Positions 18,912-28,204 of a DNA stretch of 34,715 nt are shown piece after piece. A program made the position numbers and the translations under genes. Source of the DNA: Myxococcota bacterium (GTDB lineage: Bacteria > Myxococcota_A > Polyangia > Polyangiales > Sandaracinaceae); NCBI GenBank assembly GCA_036149055.1, contig JAYZQJ010000284.1:1-34715 (forward strand), in the 5' to 3' direction. The notes under the pieces were generated by a model. The model saw nothing but the letters and a program-made list of their open reading frames with translations, was not told the DNA's origin and did not search any database. Numbering within the stretch: position 1 is the stretch's first letter; every line of letters starts with the position of its first letter.

Positions 18912-20609
18912 CTAGCGCAAGCGCCGGAGCTGGGTGGCGAGCTCGGGTGGGAGATCCCTCATGCGCAGGGAGAGCGCGACGCCGGGGCGGACGAGACAGC
19001 TCCCTCCGATGGGTGTGTCCGAGCGCAGGATCGCGTCGGCGATCCGCTCCTGGAGCGCGCGCCGCAGACTCGGGTCGCGGTTCGACAGCTCGGTCAGCGC
19101 GGCCATCGCGGCGCTGCACGTCCAGTCGATCGGCCCGTCGAGGATCGCGAAGAGCGTCTCGGCGCGGATCCCCGGCCACGCGTCGTCGAGGCGCGCGATG
19201 GCGAGGGCCGCCGCGACCTGGCAGCGGAACCTCCAGTCCCACGCGGGCCAGGGCTCCCGCGTCTCCGGTGGGTGGACCATCACGGCGGCCAGCTCGCGGG
19301 CGCGCTCCGTGCCGGCGAGCGTGGCGAGCGCGGCGGCGCCGTCCCACCAGTCGTCGGGCGCGTACGGCTGGGCGGCCAGCTCGGCGACCCCGCGGGCGAG
19401 GTCGGCGCTCGGAGGATCCACGGCCGGTCGCGCGTGGACGCCGAGCCTGCGTCGAAGCCGCGCCCACAGCCCGGTCTCTTCGTAGGTCCACAGCACGAAC
19501 GGCGGTGTCCCCTCGGGCAGCCGCGGATCCGGGTGCGGGATCTCCGAGACCGTCAGCCGCAGCGGGCCCCGCGCGCGCTCGAAGGACGCCACCGCGCTCG
19601 GCGCCTCGAGGGAGCTGAGCGCGACCGAAGGAATGAGCCCCCCGAGGTGCGCGAAGCCGAGGATCGCCTCCTCTCGCGGCGGCAGGTCCACCTCGAACGC
19701 GAGCTCGTCCGCGGCGAGCCGGCGCGCGCGGTCGTTCTCGGGGTGCGCGAGCGCGTAGGTGCCGAGCCGCGCGCGGGCGTCCGCGTCGTCGAGGTGGCGA
19801 GCGCGGAGGAAGAGCGCCGAGGGCAGGCACCACGCGTCGTCCGGGTCGAGCTCGAGCGCCTCCTGGTAGGTCGCGATCGCCGCGTCGATCTCGCCGAGGT
19901 CCTCGGCCAGGAGGTCTCCGATGTCCCGTCGCACCGGCACGTCGTCGGGCCGGTAGATCAGCGCTCGGCGATAGGCGTGCAGGGCCAGGTTCGGCTCTCC
20001 GACCGCCCGATGCGCCGCGCCGAGGGCCACGCAGGCCTCGAAGCAAGGAGCCCTGCGGTCCTGCGCCAGCGCGAGCTCCAGCGCCTCCTCGCGCAGGCCG
20101 TGCCGTCGCAGGAGCGCGCAGCGGGCGAAGGACAGCCCCGGGTGCTCCGGTTGCGCGTCCGCCACGCGCTCGAGCGCCTCGAGCAGGCGCGCGAACCGCG
20201 GCGATCCCTCCTCGGGCGGCCAGCGCTCGGCCAGCGTCCAGACGCGCGCGACGAACGCGTCCCCGTCGAGCTGGGCCGCGCTCGCCTCGTCCTCGAGCCA
20301 CTCGGACAGCCAGCCGAGGTAGTCGACCTCCGGCGCCTCGAGCTGCGCGCCAGAGAGCGCCTGGAGCGCCTCCTCGCGCCGGCCGAGCGACCACGCCAGC
20401 CAGGCCATCACGGCCGCCTCTCCGGCGGTCGCGGCCTCCACCGTCGCGTCCACCAACCGGGCCGCCGCCTCGCGGTCGAACGCCCGGAGCATGGCGAGCG
20501 CCGCCGGCGCGCTCGGATCCGACGCGAGGACGTCCCCGAGACGCCGCGCCGCGCGCGCGACGTCCCCGTCTGCCAGCGCGCGCCGCGCCTCGCGGAGCCC
20601 CTTGCTCAA
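18912..20609 (-). CDS. Tetratricopeptide-repeat protein
   Basis: TTG start overlapping the upstream TGA (TTGA at 20606-20609); TPR-like 'ALHAYRRALIYRPDD', 'AIATYQEALELDPDD'. Start inferred. Confidence 0.75.
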   Translation of the reverse strand: MSKGLREARRALADGDVARAARRLGDVLASDPSAPAALAMLRAFDREAAARLVDATVEAATAGEAAVMAWLAWSLGRREEALQALSGAQLEAPEVDYLGWLSEWLEDEASAAQLDGDAFVARVWTLAERWPPEEGSPRFARLLEALERVADAQPEHPGLSFARCALLRRHGLREEALELALAQDRRAPCFEACVALGAAHRAVGEPNLALHAYRRALIYRPDDVPVRRDIGDLLAEDLGEIDAAIATYQEALELDPDDAWCLPSALFLRARHLDDADARARLGTYALAHPENDRARRLAADELAFEVDLPPREEAILGFAHLGGLIPSVALSSLEAPSAVASFERARGPLRLTVSEIPHPDPRLPEGTPPFVLWTYEETGLWARLRRRLGVHARPAVDPPSADLARGVAELAAQPYAPDDWWDGAAALATLAGTERARELAAVMVHPPETREPWPAWDWRFRCQVAAALAIARLDDAWPGIRAETLFAILDGPIDWTCSAAMAALTELSNRDPSLRRALQERIADAILRSDTPIGGSCLVRPGVALSLRMRDLPPELATQLRRLR

Positions 20610-21364
20610 CCGGGCGCTCCCTCGGCTTGGATGCGCGCGAGGAGGGCCGCAACGTCGCGATCCAGCTCGCCGAGCGGTACCCCGGTGGCGACCGCGAAGT
20701 ACACGAGGAACGCGGGCGGGAGCCCGGTCAGCAGCACGGGAGCGCCGCTGAGGCACAGCAGGGGATTGGGTTGCTCGAGGGCGATCGTGCTCTCCATCGC
20801 CGCGAGCGCCGTCCAGGCGAGGTCGTCGGGGGAGACCCGGCCGGCGGACCAGCTGGACTCCACGCGCCACACCGGGTCGTCGCCTGGATGAGGCAGGGCC
20901 AGCGTGTCGGCGGCGGTGGAGAGCGCTTCCTCGGAGCGAATCGCGGGCAGGCGACGTAGCCGGCTCGCGAGGTCGACGAGCTCCGGCGACGAGGCCGCGT
21001 CGAGGATCCTCGGCAGCAGGGTGCGTAGCGCGAAGTCCCACTCGAGCAGCTCGAGGTGTCGCCCACCCCAGCGGTCGGTGCGCGGCGACGTCCCCTCCCC
21101 GCCGGCGACGGTCGCGAGCCGCGCCCGCGCCATCACGGTCTCCGGGACGATCCCGCGCAGCAGCCCGACCTCCGCTCGGTCGCCACGAGACACCTCGCGC
21201 CACATCGGGAGATGTCCGTGGCGTCGGCCGTACGCCCGCGTGCGCTCGACCGTCGGCGGGGCCGCGCCGCCACACGCCGTCGCGCCCACCACCAGCGCGG
21301 CGATCAGCGCGGCGCCGGACCGACCGCCGGTCCTCCCCTGGTCTCGGTGGTGTGGTAAGCCCAT
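20606..21364 (-). CDS. Hypothetical lipoprotein
   Basis: Hydrophobic stretch plus lipobox-like VGATA-C; TACAAT box 9 nt before ATG 21364; stop coupled to the TPR gene. Start uncertain. Confidence 0.55.
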   Translation of the reverse strand: MGLPHHRDQGRTGGRSGAALIAALVVGATACGGAAPPTVERTRAYGRRHGHLPMWREVSRGDRAEVGLLRGIVPETVMARARLATVAGGEGTSPRTDRWGGRHLELLEWDFALRTLLPRILDAASSPELVDLASRLRRLPAIRSEEALSTAADTLALPHPGDDPVWRVESSWSAGRVSPDDLAWTALAAMESTIALEQPNPLLCLSGAPVLLTGLPPAFLVYFAVATGVPLGELDRDVAALLARIQAEGAPG

Positions 21365-21470
21365 GTCCAGGAGATTGTAGGGATCGAGCGGGTGCGGGTC
21401 GACGCCGGTGAGCACACGCGGGCTGGAGCTCCGGCGAGTCCCCTGCGGCCGTTCGACTGGGGAGAGGATG

Positions 21471-21911
21471 TCAGCGGGCCTCGAGGATCCGGGCGAGCGC
21501 GGCGAGGTCCTTCTCGTTCGCGCGGCGCATCGCCGCGGCCATGAGCGGGGCGCCGATTCTGGAGAAGCCGCTCGGCTCGCCGCGGTTGCGGAGCGTCATG
21601 CGGGTGCGGCCCTCGCCGGCGGGCTCCCAGGTGTAGGTGGTCTCCATCGGGAAGGGGCCTTGCGCGGTCTTCATGACGAGGCGCGCGCCCGAGACATGCT
21701 CGACGATCTCGTAGGTGTAGGCGAGCCGCCGGCCGAGGAAGCGGGCGACGAACGCGACCCTCGAGCCGAGCTCGAGCGGCGGCTCCGTCTCCCACTCCAC
21801 GGAGTCGATGTTCGCGTACCACTCGGGCGCGTTGTCCGGGTCGGCCGCGTACGCGGCGACGACCTCCACGGGTCGCGCGATCACGCGCTCGGTCACGACG
21901 TCGACGGCCAT
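21471..21911 (-). CDS. SRPBCC (polyketide cyclase/dehydrase-like) family protein
   Basis: '[25 protein letters not shown]...[11 protein letters not shown]...[17 protein letters not shown]'. Confidence 0.9.
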   Translation of the reverse strand: MAVDVVTERVIARPVEVVAAYAADPDNAPEWYANIDSVEWETEPPLELGSRVAFVARFLGRRLAYTYEIVEHVSGARLVMKTAQGPFPMETTYTWEPAGEGRTRMTLRNRGEPSGFSRIGAPLMAAAMRRANEKDLAALARILEAR

Positions 21912-21940
21912 GCTGGGAGGATATCGGCTAGCCTCCCGTC

Positions 21941-22477
21941 GTGGGCAGCTCCTTCCAGGTCGTCGCGTTCCCGAGCGTCTCCGCGGCCGATGCGCGCGAG
22001 CTCGGGGAGGTGCTCCTCGACGCCCTCGTGGAGGGGGAGGTCGTCCGGCCCGTGTCCAGAGGAGGTGCGCTCGGCCATCCCCCTGGCAGGCGCGCCCACG
22101 AGCACACGGAGCCGGGCTTCGAGTACACCCGAGGGCTCGTGAACGACGGAGTCGTCGTCGAGACCGGGCGCACCGTGTTCGACGCAGGCCAGCATGGTCT
22201 CGTCGTGCGATGCCGCGCGTGCGAGCACGAACACGAGCCGGGTGAGGCCTTCATGCGAGGCGTTCAGGGCTGGGCTGAGGGGGAGGACGACGTGTCCTAC
22301 GCCTGCCCGAAGTGCGGTCACGCCGAGCGCCTCGTCCGCTGGGACGGTCCCACGGCCTGGGCCTTCGCGCACCTCGGGTTGAAGTTCTGGAACTGGCCGA
22401 CGCTGCTGCCCGAGCTCGTGACCTCGCTCGAAGCGCGAATCGGTCATCGCGCCAGGATCGTCCGCGGCAAGCTCTGA
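21941..22477 (+). CDS. Conserved hypothetical protein with two CxxC (Zn-ribbon) motifs
   Basis: CRAC...CPKC; '[12 protein letters not shown]' and terminal GKL; GC3-biased codons; TAGCCT box 6 nt before GTG. Confidence 0.75.
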   Translation: MGSSFQVVAFPSVSAADARELGEVLLDALVEGEVVRPVSRGGALGHPPGRRAHEHTEPGFEYTRGLVNDGVVVETGRTVFDAGQHGLVVRCRACEHEHEPGEAFMRGVQGWAEGEDDVSYACPKCGHAERLVRWDGPTAWAFAHLGLKFWNWPTLLPELVTSLEARIGHRARIVRGKL

Positions 22478-22758
22478 CTGGGAAGCACCGACGAGCGCCC
22501 GGCCGTCCGCTGGGAGGAGCCGCGAGGAGCGGCGCGCGCTGCGTGGATACATTCAGCGGATGCTGAGGGATGGCAGCGCACGCACGTTCAGACAGACGAA
22601 CAGCTGCCCTCGGAGCAGACCCGAGTCGTCTCAGGCTTGCGGCGTCATGGATGCCTCGAGCCACCGCCACTACGTAGATGCGGTGGGTGCAGCACGACGT
22701 CGCCATCCGCGCCGGCTTCCACTGGGCGCGCGGTCATGTGCTCGGTTAGAGTCGGCGC

Positions 22759-23097
22759 ATGAAGTGGCGCATCGCGACAGCGGCCCTGACGGTCGCGCTG
22801 CTCGGGAGCAACCTGTACTGGATGGTCGGAGCCGTGGACGACGCGGTCGGTCGCGCCTACCGGACGGACGGCCTGTACGGCGAGTGTCACGCGCTCGACG
22901 AGGCGCTGGCGGTGGTTCCGTTGGTCTCGGGCGGCGCCTCGAAGGCGGACGTGCTCGCGGCCGCGCGGGAGGCGTCGGGGGACGGCGACGGCTTCGAGGA
23001 CGATGGCGTTCATGTCGTCGGGCGGCTCGGGTATCGCTTCGCCGGCGATCGCCTCGTCGCGGTCGAGCGCAGCTGGTCGCCTGGCGCGTGTGAGTGA
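22759..23097 (+). CDS. Imm58-like immunity protein (membrane-anchored)
   Basis: N-terminal TM 'MKWRIATAALTVALLGSNLYW', then 'ASKADVLAAA...FEDDGVHVVGRLGYRF', matching my recollection of Imm58 (GSN.W; FEKDG..WVG.LGL.F); not verified by HMM. Confidence 0.6.
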   Translation: MKWRIATAALTVALLGSNLYWMVGAVDDAVGRAYRTDGLYGECHALDEALAVVPLVSGGASKADVLAAAREASGDGDGFEDDGVHVVGRLGYRFAGDRLVAVERSWSPGACE

Positions 23098-23599
23098 GAG
23101 CGGACCGATGGAGCGCTTCCGCATCCGCTCGATCCCGAAGGCGCGCCTCGCCGCCGAGCGTGACCGCGCGCTCGCGCGCCTCCGCGAGGTGCTGCCCGAG
23201 GGCGCCGAGGCTCTCGAGGTCGGGAGCACCGCGGTGGACGGCGTGATCGGCAAAGGCGACATCGACCTGCTCGTGCGGGTCCCGGCCGATCGCTTCGAGG
23301 AGGCGCGGGCCGCGGTGGACGCGCTCTGGGCGCGAAACCCCGAGCAGCTCTCGACGGAGATCTATCAGGGCTACAGCGTGCCCTCGGAGCTCGACGTGGC
23401 CGTGCAGCTCACGGTGGCCGGCGGCCCCTACGACGACTTCCTCGCGTTCCTCGACCGCCTCCGCGCGGATCCTGCGCTGGTCGAGGGCTACAACGCGCTG
23501 AAGCGCGCCCACGACGGCGCGCCGATGGACGTCTACCGCGCCGCAAAGCGCGCCTTCATCGAAGCGGCGCTCGCGTCCGAGAGCGTCGAGGAGTCGTGA
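23090..23599 (+). CDS. GrpB-family nucleotidyltransferase-fold protein
   Basis: 'VGSTAVDGVIGKGDIDLLV', 'FLAFLDRLRADP...YNALKR...YRAAKRAFI'; start GTG 23090 or ATG 23108. Confidence 0.88.
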   Translation: MSESGPMERFRIRSIPKARLAAERDRALARLREVLPEGAEALEVGSTAVDGVIGKGDIDLLVRVPADRFEEARAAVDALWARNPEQLSTEIYQGYSVPSELDVAVQLTVAGGPYDDFLAFLDRLRADPALVEGYNALKRAHDGAPMDVYRAAKRAFIEAALASESVEES

Positions 23600-24036
23600 G
23601 CTCGAAGCCGCGACTCTCCGAGGTGGTCGTCTACACGCCCCCGGATGGCTGGGCGCGAGTCACGGACGCGCCCGATCGGCTCGTCGCCGTCCTGCGATCG
23701 GACGTAGAGCGTCCGGACCTCGAGGCGGCGGCCGCGAGCTTCGGCGTCGTCCAGCGCGCGGCGCGATCCAGTCGAGTCGCCCTCGACCGCTACCTCGCGC
23801 GGCGGGTCGGCCAGGGCCACGCGGAGGTGGTGAGCGACCCTCGGGTCGCGCCCGACGCCCTGCGAGCGGCGTGGACGGACGGCGTGTCGGACATCCTGAC
23901 GTGGCTCACCACCCGCGGCGGCGGGGTGTTGCTGGAGTACGCGAAGGACCCGTGGAGGGTCGAAGGCGACCCTGTGGAGCTCGCGCGCGAGCACCTCGAC
24001 CGCCTTCGCTGGCTCGAGGATGCGAAGCGGCAGTGA
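23596..24036 (+). CDS. Hypothetical protein
   Basis: GTGA overlap with GrpB, GAGGAG RBS, coding-like codon use; no recognised motif. Confidence 0.65.
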   Translation: MSSKPRLSEVVVYTPPDGWARVTDAPDRLVAVLRSDVERPDLEAAAASFGVVQRAARSSRVALDRYLARRVGQGHAEVVSDPRVAPDALRAAWTDGVSDILTWLTTRGGGVLLEYAKDPWRVEGDPVELAREHLDRLRWLEDAKRQ

Positions 24037-24058
24037 GTCGAGGCTCTGCCCGCCGTAG

Positions 24059-24141
<83 letters not shown>

Positions 24142-24197
24142 AGAGAGGAGTCGAGGGACTTTTCACGAACCACGCGGCGGGTCAAGGGCTGACCCGT

Positions 24198-24593
24198 TCA
24201 GGGGGCGACGGGAACCCGCTGGAGGTCGAGGGCGCGGAGGCGGTCTCGGATCGACGCGTCGAGGCGGGAGGCCCGGACGAGGCTCTCGCGGCCGCAGGCG
24301 AGGAGGAGGCGGCCGCGGCGGCGCCGCGCGGCGACGAAGAAGATCTGGCCGACCTGGCTCGGGCCGGCGGTCAGGGTGCGGCGGCTGGTGCGGACCTCGA
24401 CGAGGCCGCGCGCGGAGCCGGCGTAGGTGGCTCGCACCCGGAAGCGGAGCACGGCCCCGCGCGCCGCGACCAGCTCTCCCTCGAACATCTCGTGGCCGGG
24501 GTGGATCGAGGGGCCCGAGCAGATGCTGGCGCGGACCGGTGGGGCGGCCGAGACGAGGAGCAGACCGGCGAGGGCTCCGAGGCAGAAGCGCAC
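24198..24593 (-). CDS. Small secreted hypothetical protein (possibly TIMP/NTR-like OB fold)
   Basis: Signal peptide MRFCLGALAGLLLVSAAPPVRA; mature region with two Cys and a 'MFEGELV...LRFRVRATYAG' beta pattern; fold assignment is a guess. Confidence 0.55.
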   Translation of the reverse strand: MRFCLGALAGLLLVSAAPPVRASICSGPSIHPGHEMFEGELVAARGAVLRFRVRATYAGSARGLVEVRTSRRTLTAGPSQVGQIFFVAARRRRGRLLLACGRESLVRASRLDASIRDRLRALDLQRVPVAP

Positions 24594-24679
24594 GACCGGA
24601 GGGTCGCCGGTCGAGGCGAGCCTCGCAAACCCTCACTCGGGGGTCGAGGCTTGCGCTCGGGGCGCTATATTCCCGCGCG

Positions 24680-26230
24680 ATGCCCACCTTCGCCTCCATC
24701 GACATCGGGTCGAACGCGTCTCGGCTGCTGATCGTCGAGGCCGACGACGCCGAGACCGTGCGCAAGGTCGACTCCTTCCGCGTGCCCGTGCGCATGGGAC
24801 ACGGGGTGTTCCTCACCGGGCGGCTGGACCCGGACGCGATCGACGCGTGCGTGGAGGGGCTGAAGACCTTCAAGAAGGAGCTCGCCACCCGCGAGATCGC
24901 CGGGATCCGGGCGGTCGTGACCGCGTCGGCGCGTGACGCGGTGAACTCCGACGAGCTGCTCGAGCGGGCCGAGAAGGAGGCGGGCATCCGCCTCGAGGCG
25001 ATCAGCGGCACCGAGGAGGCGCGGCTGGTGAAGCTCGCGGTGGAGCAGAAGCTCACCCTCGGCGGGTACCGCTCGCTCCTCGTCGATCTCGGCGGCGGCT
25101 CGCTCGAGCTCTCCGAGGTGCACCACGATGAGGTGCGCTACTCGACGTCGCTCGAGATCGGCACCGTGCGGCTCCTGGAGTCGTTCCTGACCGCGGACGG
25201 GCCGGTCTCGCCGCAGCAGGAGCACCTGCTGACCGAGTACATCGATCGCCTGATCGATCCGACCGAGGAGCAGTTCCGCCGCCGTCGCTACGACTTCGTG
25301 GCCGGCACGGGCGGCAACTTCGACGCGATCGCCAAGCTCTGCCCGGTCGCCGGCCGCGAACAGCCCGCCATCGACATCCGGCTCGCCCGCGCGCTCCTGC
25401 CCCGCATGGCCAAGCTCACGCCGGCCGAGCGGCAGGCGGCCTACGACCTGCGCTACGACCGGGCCGACGTGATCGTGCCCGCGCTCTACGTGATCCTCCG
25501 GGTCGCGGATCTGGCGCGCACCGAGGAGATCATCGCGCCCGGCGTCGGCCTCAAGGAGGGCATCGTCGCCGAGCTGGTCGACAAGCACTTCCGGGTCTGG
25601 GACTACAGCGTCGACGAGCACACGATGGCGCGCGCCGCCATCCACCTCGGCCGCCGCTACCACTTCGACGAGCCCCACGCGACGCAGGTCGATCGGCTCG
25701 CCTGCGTGCTCTTCGACAACCTGCCCTCGGTGCATCAGCTCGGGCCCAGCGACCGGCAGCTCCTGCGGGTGGCGGCGCTGCTGCACGACATCGGCGACTT
25801 CATCAGCTCCGCCGCGCACCACAAGCACACGCAGTACGTCATCGAGAACACGGACCTGATGGGCCTCAGCGAGGAGCAGCGGAAGGTCGTGGCCTGCGTG
25901 GCCCGCTATCACCGCCGCGCGATGCCCTCGACGAAGCACGCGCTGTTCAAGAAGCTCACCCCCGCCGACCGCTCGCGGGTGCGCAAGCTCGCTTCCATTC
26001 TTCGAGTGGCCGATGCGCTCGATCGCGGGCACCGCTCGAAGGTCCGGCAGCTCGACGTCCGGCTCTCCGACGACAAGGTCACGCTCCTGCCGAAGGGCGC
26101 CGGCGACCTCGCACTCGAGGTCTGGACGGCGCGCCGCAAGTCGGAGCTCTTCGAGAAGACCTTCGACCTCGACCTGCAGCTCGAGCTCCCCGAGCGGAGC
26201 GTGCTCGACTCGTCGCCGCCGGCCGAGTGA
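24680..26230 (+). CDS. ppx: Exopolyphosphatase / pppGpp phosphohydrolase (Ppx/GppA) with C-terminal HD domain
   Basis: IDIGSNA, TASARDAVN, ISGTEEA, DLGGGSLE, GTGG, RADVI, GLKEG, LLHDIG, LRVADALD. Confidence 0.95.
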   Translation: MPTFASIDIGSNASRLLIVEADDAETVRKVDSFRVPVRMGHGVFLTGRLDPDAIDACVEGLKTFKKELATREIAGIRAVVTASARDAVNSDELLERAEKEAGIRLEAISGTEEARLVKLAVEQKLTLGGYRSLLVDLGGGSLELSEVHHDEVRYSTSLEIGTVRLLESFLTADGPVSPQQEHLLTEYIDRLIDPTEEQFRRRRYDFVAGTGGNFDAIAKLCPVAGREQPAIDIRLARALLPRMAKLTPAERQAAYDLRYDRADVIVPALYVILRVADLARTEEIIAPGVGLKEGIVAELVDKHFRVWDYSVDEHTMARAAIHLGRRYHFDEPHATQVDRLACVLFDNLPSVHQLGPSDRQLLRVAALLHDIGDFISSAAHHKHTQYVIENTDLMGLSEEQRKVVACVARYHRRAMPSTKHALFKKLTPADRSRVRKLASILRVADALDRGHRSKVRQLDVRLSDDKVTLLPKGAGDLALEVWTARRKSELFEKTFDLDLQLELPERSVLDSSPPAE

Positions 26231-26234
26231 CCGA

Positions 26235-27974
26235 TCAGGCCTTGATGAGCTGGTCCGGCGGGCTCGCGGGGGCCACCTGGCTCTGCTCGGCGCGCCGGTT
26301 GAAGCGCGCCTCTTCGGTCTTCAGCTCCTCGATGAGCTCCGAGCACTCGGGGCGATCCTCGAGGTGGTTCATCAGGACGTCGGACGCCTGCGTGAAGCTC
26401 TTCTCGTAGCCGAGCGCCTCGCGCACCCGGGTGGCGATCCGCTCGCGGCCGGCGCTGAGGTCGTTCTCGAGCGCGTCGCTGTAGCGCTGGAGCTGGGCGC
26501 GCAGCTCGTCGATCTGACGGCGCAGATCGGCGGCGGCGTTCTCCTTGGTCTGCACGCGCTGCTGGTTCTCCTGGATGATCTCCTGGAGGGTCTGGGCGCG
26601 CGAGCGCATGCCGCCGACCTCCTCGAACGCGGCGCGCATGGTCTGGGCGTCGCTGCCGGAGGCGGCCTGGATGGCCCGCTGGTGCGCGGCCTCCCAGCGC
26701 TGGTTCGCCTCGCCGAGGCGCTGCTGGAGAGAGGTCACCCGCTCGCGCTCGGCGCTCGCGTCACGCAGGGTGCGGGACTCCTCCTCCGCCAGCTCCTCGA
26801 CCTTCCGGCCGATCTCGGCGCGGAGCGCGCGGCCCCGGCGCTCGATCGCCTCGAGCTTCTTCTGGTGGCTGGCCAGCTCGCCCTCGAGCCGGCTCGCGCG
26901 GGCGGCGGTCTCCCAGAGCTGGTCGGCGGCCTGCTGCACGTCGGCCGGCGCGCGGCCGTTCGGGTAGGCGCGGGCGACCATGCGCGCGAAGTAGGCGGCG
27001 CGGCGGCTCCACTCGACGACGCCGGGCGTGGGCGCGGGCGGCGGGGGCGGCGCGGCGGCGGGCGGCTCGGCCTGCTGCTGCACCTCCCAGGTGGTCGAGG
27101 GGAGGGTGCGCTGCAGCGCCTTGAGCTGCTCGGAGAGATGGTGGCCGTCCCGGAAGCGGCGGCGCGGATCCTTCTCGAGCAGGCGCAGGATGATGCGCTC
27201 CGCGGTCTCGGGGAGATCCTGGCGCAGGGTCGCCGGGCGGGGCGACGGGCTCGAGCGCTGCATCTCGAGCAGGGTGTCGCGGTCGCTCGAGCGGAAGGGC
27301 AGCTGCCCGGTCGTCATCTCGAAGAAGAGGATGCCGAGGGCGTAGAGATCGCTCGAGGGGATCGCGTCGTCGCCGCGCGCCTGCTCGGGCGACATGTACT
27401 CCGGGGTACCGAACACGGCGCCCTTGGGGGCCAGCCGGGGGTCGCGGGCGAGCGCCGCGAGGCCGAAGTCGAGGATCTTCACGAAGTCCCGCCGGCCGCC
27501 GCGCACCGTGAGCATGATGTTGTCGCTCTTGAGATCGCGGTGCACGACCCCGAGGTCGTGGGCGCGGGAGAGCGCGGCCGTCATCTGCTCGAGGATGTCG
27601 ACGGCCCGGGTGATCGGCATCTGACCCTTGGCGATCTCGCTCGAGAGCGACGTCCCGGTCAGGTACTCCATCACCAGGTAGAGCTCGCCCTCCTCGGTCT
27701 CGCCCACGTCGTGGATCTCCACGATGTGCGCGTGATCGACGCGGTTGGCGGCCCGGGCCTCGCGCAGCATCCAGGCGCGGAGGTGGGTCTCGCCGCGGAG
27801 GTCCGGGCGGATCAGCTTGAGCGCCACGACCCGGTCGATCAGGACGTGCCGGGCGCGATAGACGACCCCCATCCCGCCTTCGCCGAGGAGCGCCTCGAGG
27901 CGGTACCGGCCCGCGACGACGCGGCCGAGGTAGGTGTCCTTGCTGCTTCGCGATGTCGAGCGTGCCGTAGCCAT
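26235..27974 (-). CDS. Ser/Thr protein kinase with long C-terminal coiled coil
   Basis: GEGGMG, VALK, HRDLKSDN, DFG, GTPEYMSPE; Pro linker then Glu/Gln/Arg-rich heptads; ATG 27974 preferred to the track start. Confidence 0.92.
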   Translation of the reverse strand: MATARSTSRSSKDTYLGRVVAGRYRLEALLGEGGMGVVYRARHVLIDRVVALKLIRPDLRGETHLRAWMLREARAANRVDHAHIVEIHDVGETEEGELYLVMEYLTGTSLSSEIAKGQMPITRAVDILEQMTAALSRAHDLGVVHRDLKSDNIMLTVRGGRRDFVKILDFGLAALARDPRLAPKGAVFGTPEYMSPEQARGDDAIPSSDLYALGILFFEMTTGQLPFRSSDRDTLLEMQRSSPSPRPATLRQDLPETAERIILRLLEKDPRRRFRDGHHLSEQLKALQRTLPSTTWEVQQQAEPPAAAPPPPPAPTPGVVEWSRRAAYFARMVARAYPNGRAPADVQQAADQLWETAARASRLEGELASHQKKLEAIERRGRALRAEIGRKVEELAEEESRTLRDASAERERVTSLQQRLGEANQRWEAAHQRAIQAASGSDAQTMRAAFEEVGGMRSRAQTLQEIIQENQQRVQTKENAAADLRRQIDELRAQLQRYSDALENDLSAGRERIATRVREALGYEKSFTQASDVLMNHLEDRPECSELIEELKTEEARFNRRAEQSQVAPASPPDQLIKA

Positions 27975-28204
27975 CGGGGGAAGGGATCTCCTGGTCGACG
28001 TCCGGAGGTGGGCACGTCGATGATACACGGGTCGGGGCAGCGTGCGGGAGTTCTCGACGGGACCGAAAACGAAACGGTCCTCGAAGACGCGGTTACCCAA
28101 GAGGGGAGGGAGGGCACCCGAGCCGGCGAGGACCGTCATTTCCATACGGCGGATCGGAGGTTATGCTGTATGGGCCCCCGTCTACGCGGGGACAGGTGCG
28201 CCCG

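Noticed and set aside
21941..22762. Possible TGA read-through or selenocysteine: the frame stays open 94 codons after the stop at 22477 and ends overlapping the Imm58-like ATG
   Set aside because: The stop follows a natural-looking GKL terminus that I recall in homologues; the extension has poor GC3 codon bias; no SECIS-like hairpin or redox context was seen; such open frames are common at this GC content.
18912..24058. Integron cassette array or tRNA-integrated prophage/ICE
   Set aside because: No repeated attC-like RYYYAAC...GTTRRRY units, mixed gene orientation, no integrase, no att duplication of the tRNA 3' end.
28050..28180. Riboswitch (e.g. c-di-GMP) in the kinase spacer
   Set aside because: Hairpins are present, but no recognisable aptamer consensus could be matched by eye.
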